From: Mobula birostris
Taxonomy: Eukaryota
Direction: 5' to 3'
NCBI RefSeq assembly: GCF_030028105.1
Contig: NC_092370.1
Location: forward strand, 176,586,647-176,650,646
Length of the DNA: 64,000 nt
Shown: positions 63,701 through 64,000 of the stretch, one piece after another
How positions within the stretch are numbered: the stretch's first letter is position 1
How the letters are laid out: each line of letters opens with the position of its first letter
Made by a program: the position numbers and the translations under genes
The notes under the pieces: model-generated
Databases searched by the model: none
What the model was told of the DNA's origin: nothing
What the model saw: the letters and a program-made list of their open reading frames with translations, nothing else

Positions 63701-64000
63701 TGCCACGATTTCATCATCTTTTCCAGTCAATTCCATGTTTTATTCCTCTGTCATATTTTAAGCAATTGGATTCAATTATTATACCCTTCATTTGGAATTA
63801 TAAAACCATTAAAATTACTAAAAAATACTTGTCAAAGCCCAAGGAAGCAGGTGGTTTTGCCCTACCGGACATTAAAATGTATTACTGGGCTGCCCACCTA
63901 TCCATTCTTGCATGGTGGAAGAAAGGCCCACCCTCTACCTCAGACTCATGCCCAGCATGGTTACTCATAGAGCGAATGCTTTGTAAGAAGACTTCCTTAC
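60790..64000 (+). pseudogene. L1 ORF2 (APE endonuclease + RT), disrupted
   Basis: Interrupted by a 446-bp insert, frameshifts and a TAA at 62920-62922; YADD near 63352. Confidence 0.9.
60958..61403 (+). mobile_element. 5'-truncated 3' end of a second L1, nested in ORF2
   Basis: Perfect 15-bp TSD aagaaaacagcagcg (60943-60957, 61404-61418) at a TT/AAGA site; LEKIR.....KFEQNW.SFI* C-terminus; AATAAA plus A-rich tail. Confidence 0.9.

Larger units (their letters stand above)
59366..64000 (+). mobile_element. L1-clade LINE with 5' UTR, ORF1 and ORF2; runs off the window
   Basis: ORF1 coiled coil followed by DDLEARS.RQNIRIIGVPE; ORF2 SWNVRG, FLQETH, SRIDY, SDH, GPDG, GTRQGCP.SP, LYADD. Confidence 0.95.

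Noticed and set aside
1-64000. CRISPR arrays, operons, rRNA or true tRNA genes
   Set aside because: The sequence is eukaryotic; no repeat-spacer array was seen, and tRNA-like boxes occur only as SINE heads.

Overview
Eukaryotic, AT-rich, retroelement-dense vertebrate DNA with no host exon I can support. The mix of CR1, Rex1/Babar, Neptune-type Penelope, L1 and tRNA-SINE elements suggests a cartilaginous fish, probably a ray (inference). Roughly half the window is decayed or nested LINEs. The standout is a 3.86-kb minus-strand Ty3/Gypsy LTR element at 7094-10950, with 201-bp LTRs, a 5-bp TSD, a PBS and a PPT. Its RT-RNaseH-integrase region has been replaced by an intronless, start-to-stop copy of the host gene SUDS3, a Sin3-HDAC subunit. 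Removing a later 566-bp insertion puts the protease frame in frame with the SUDS3 ATG, i.e. a putative Gag-Pro-SDS3 fusion. The element's 5' leader carries a second captured mRNA fragment resembling the C-terminus of ACIN1. Penelope-derived hammerhead ribozyme units also occur, as a 101-bp TSD-flanked mini-element and as a 206-bp spacerless palindrome. All family and gene identifications are by eye from remembered motifs; no database searches were run.
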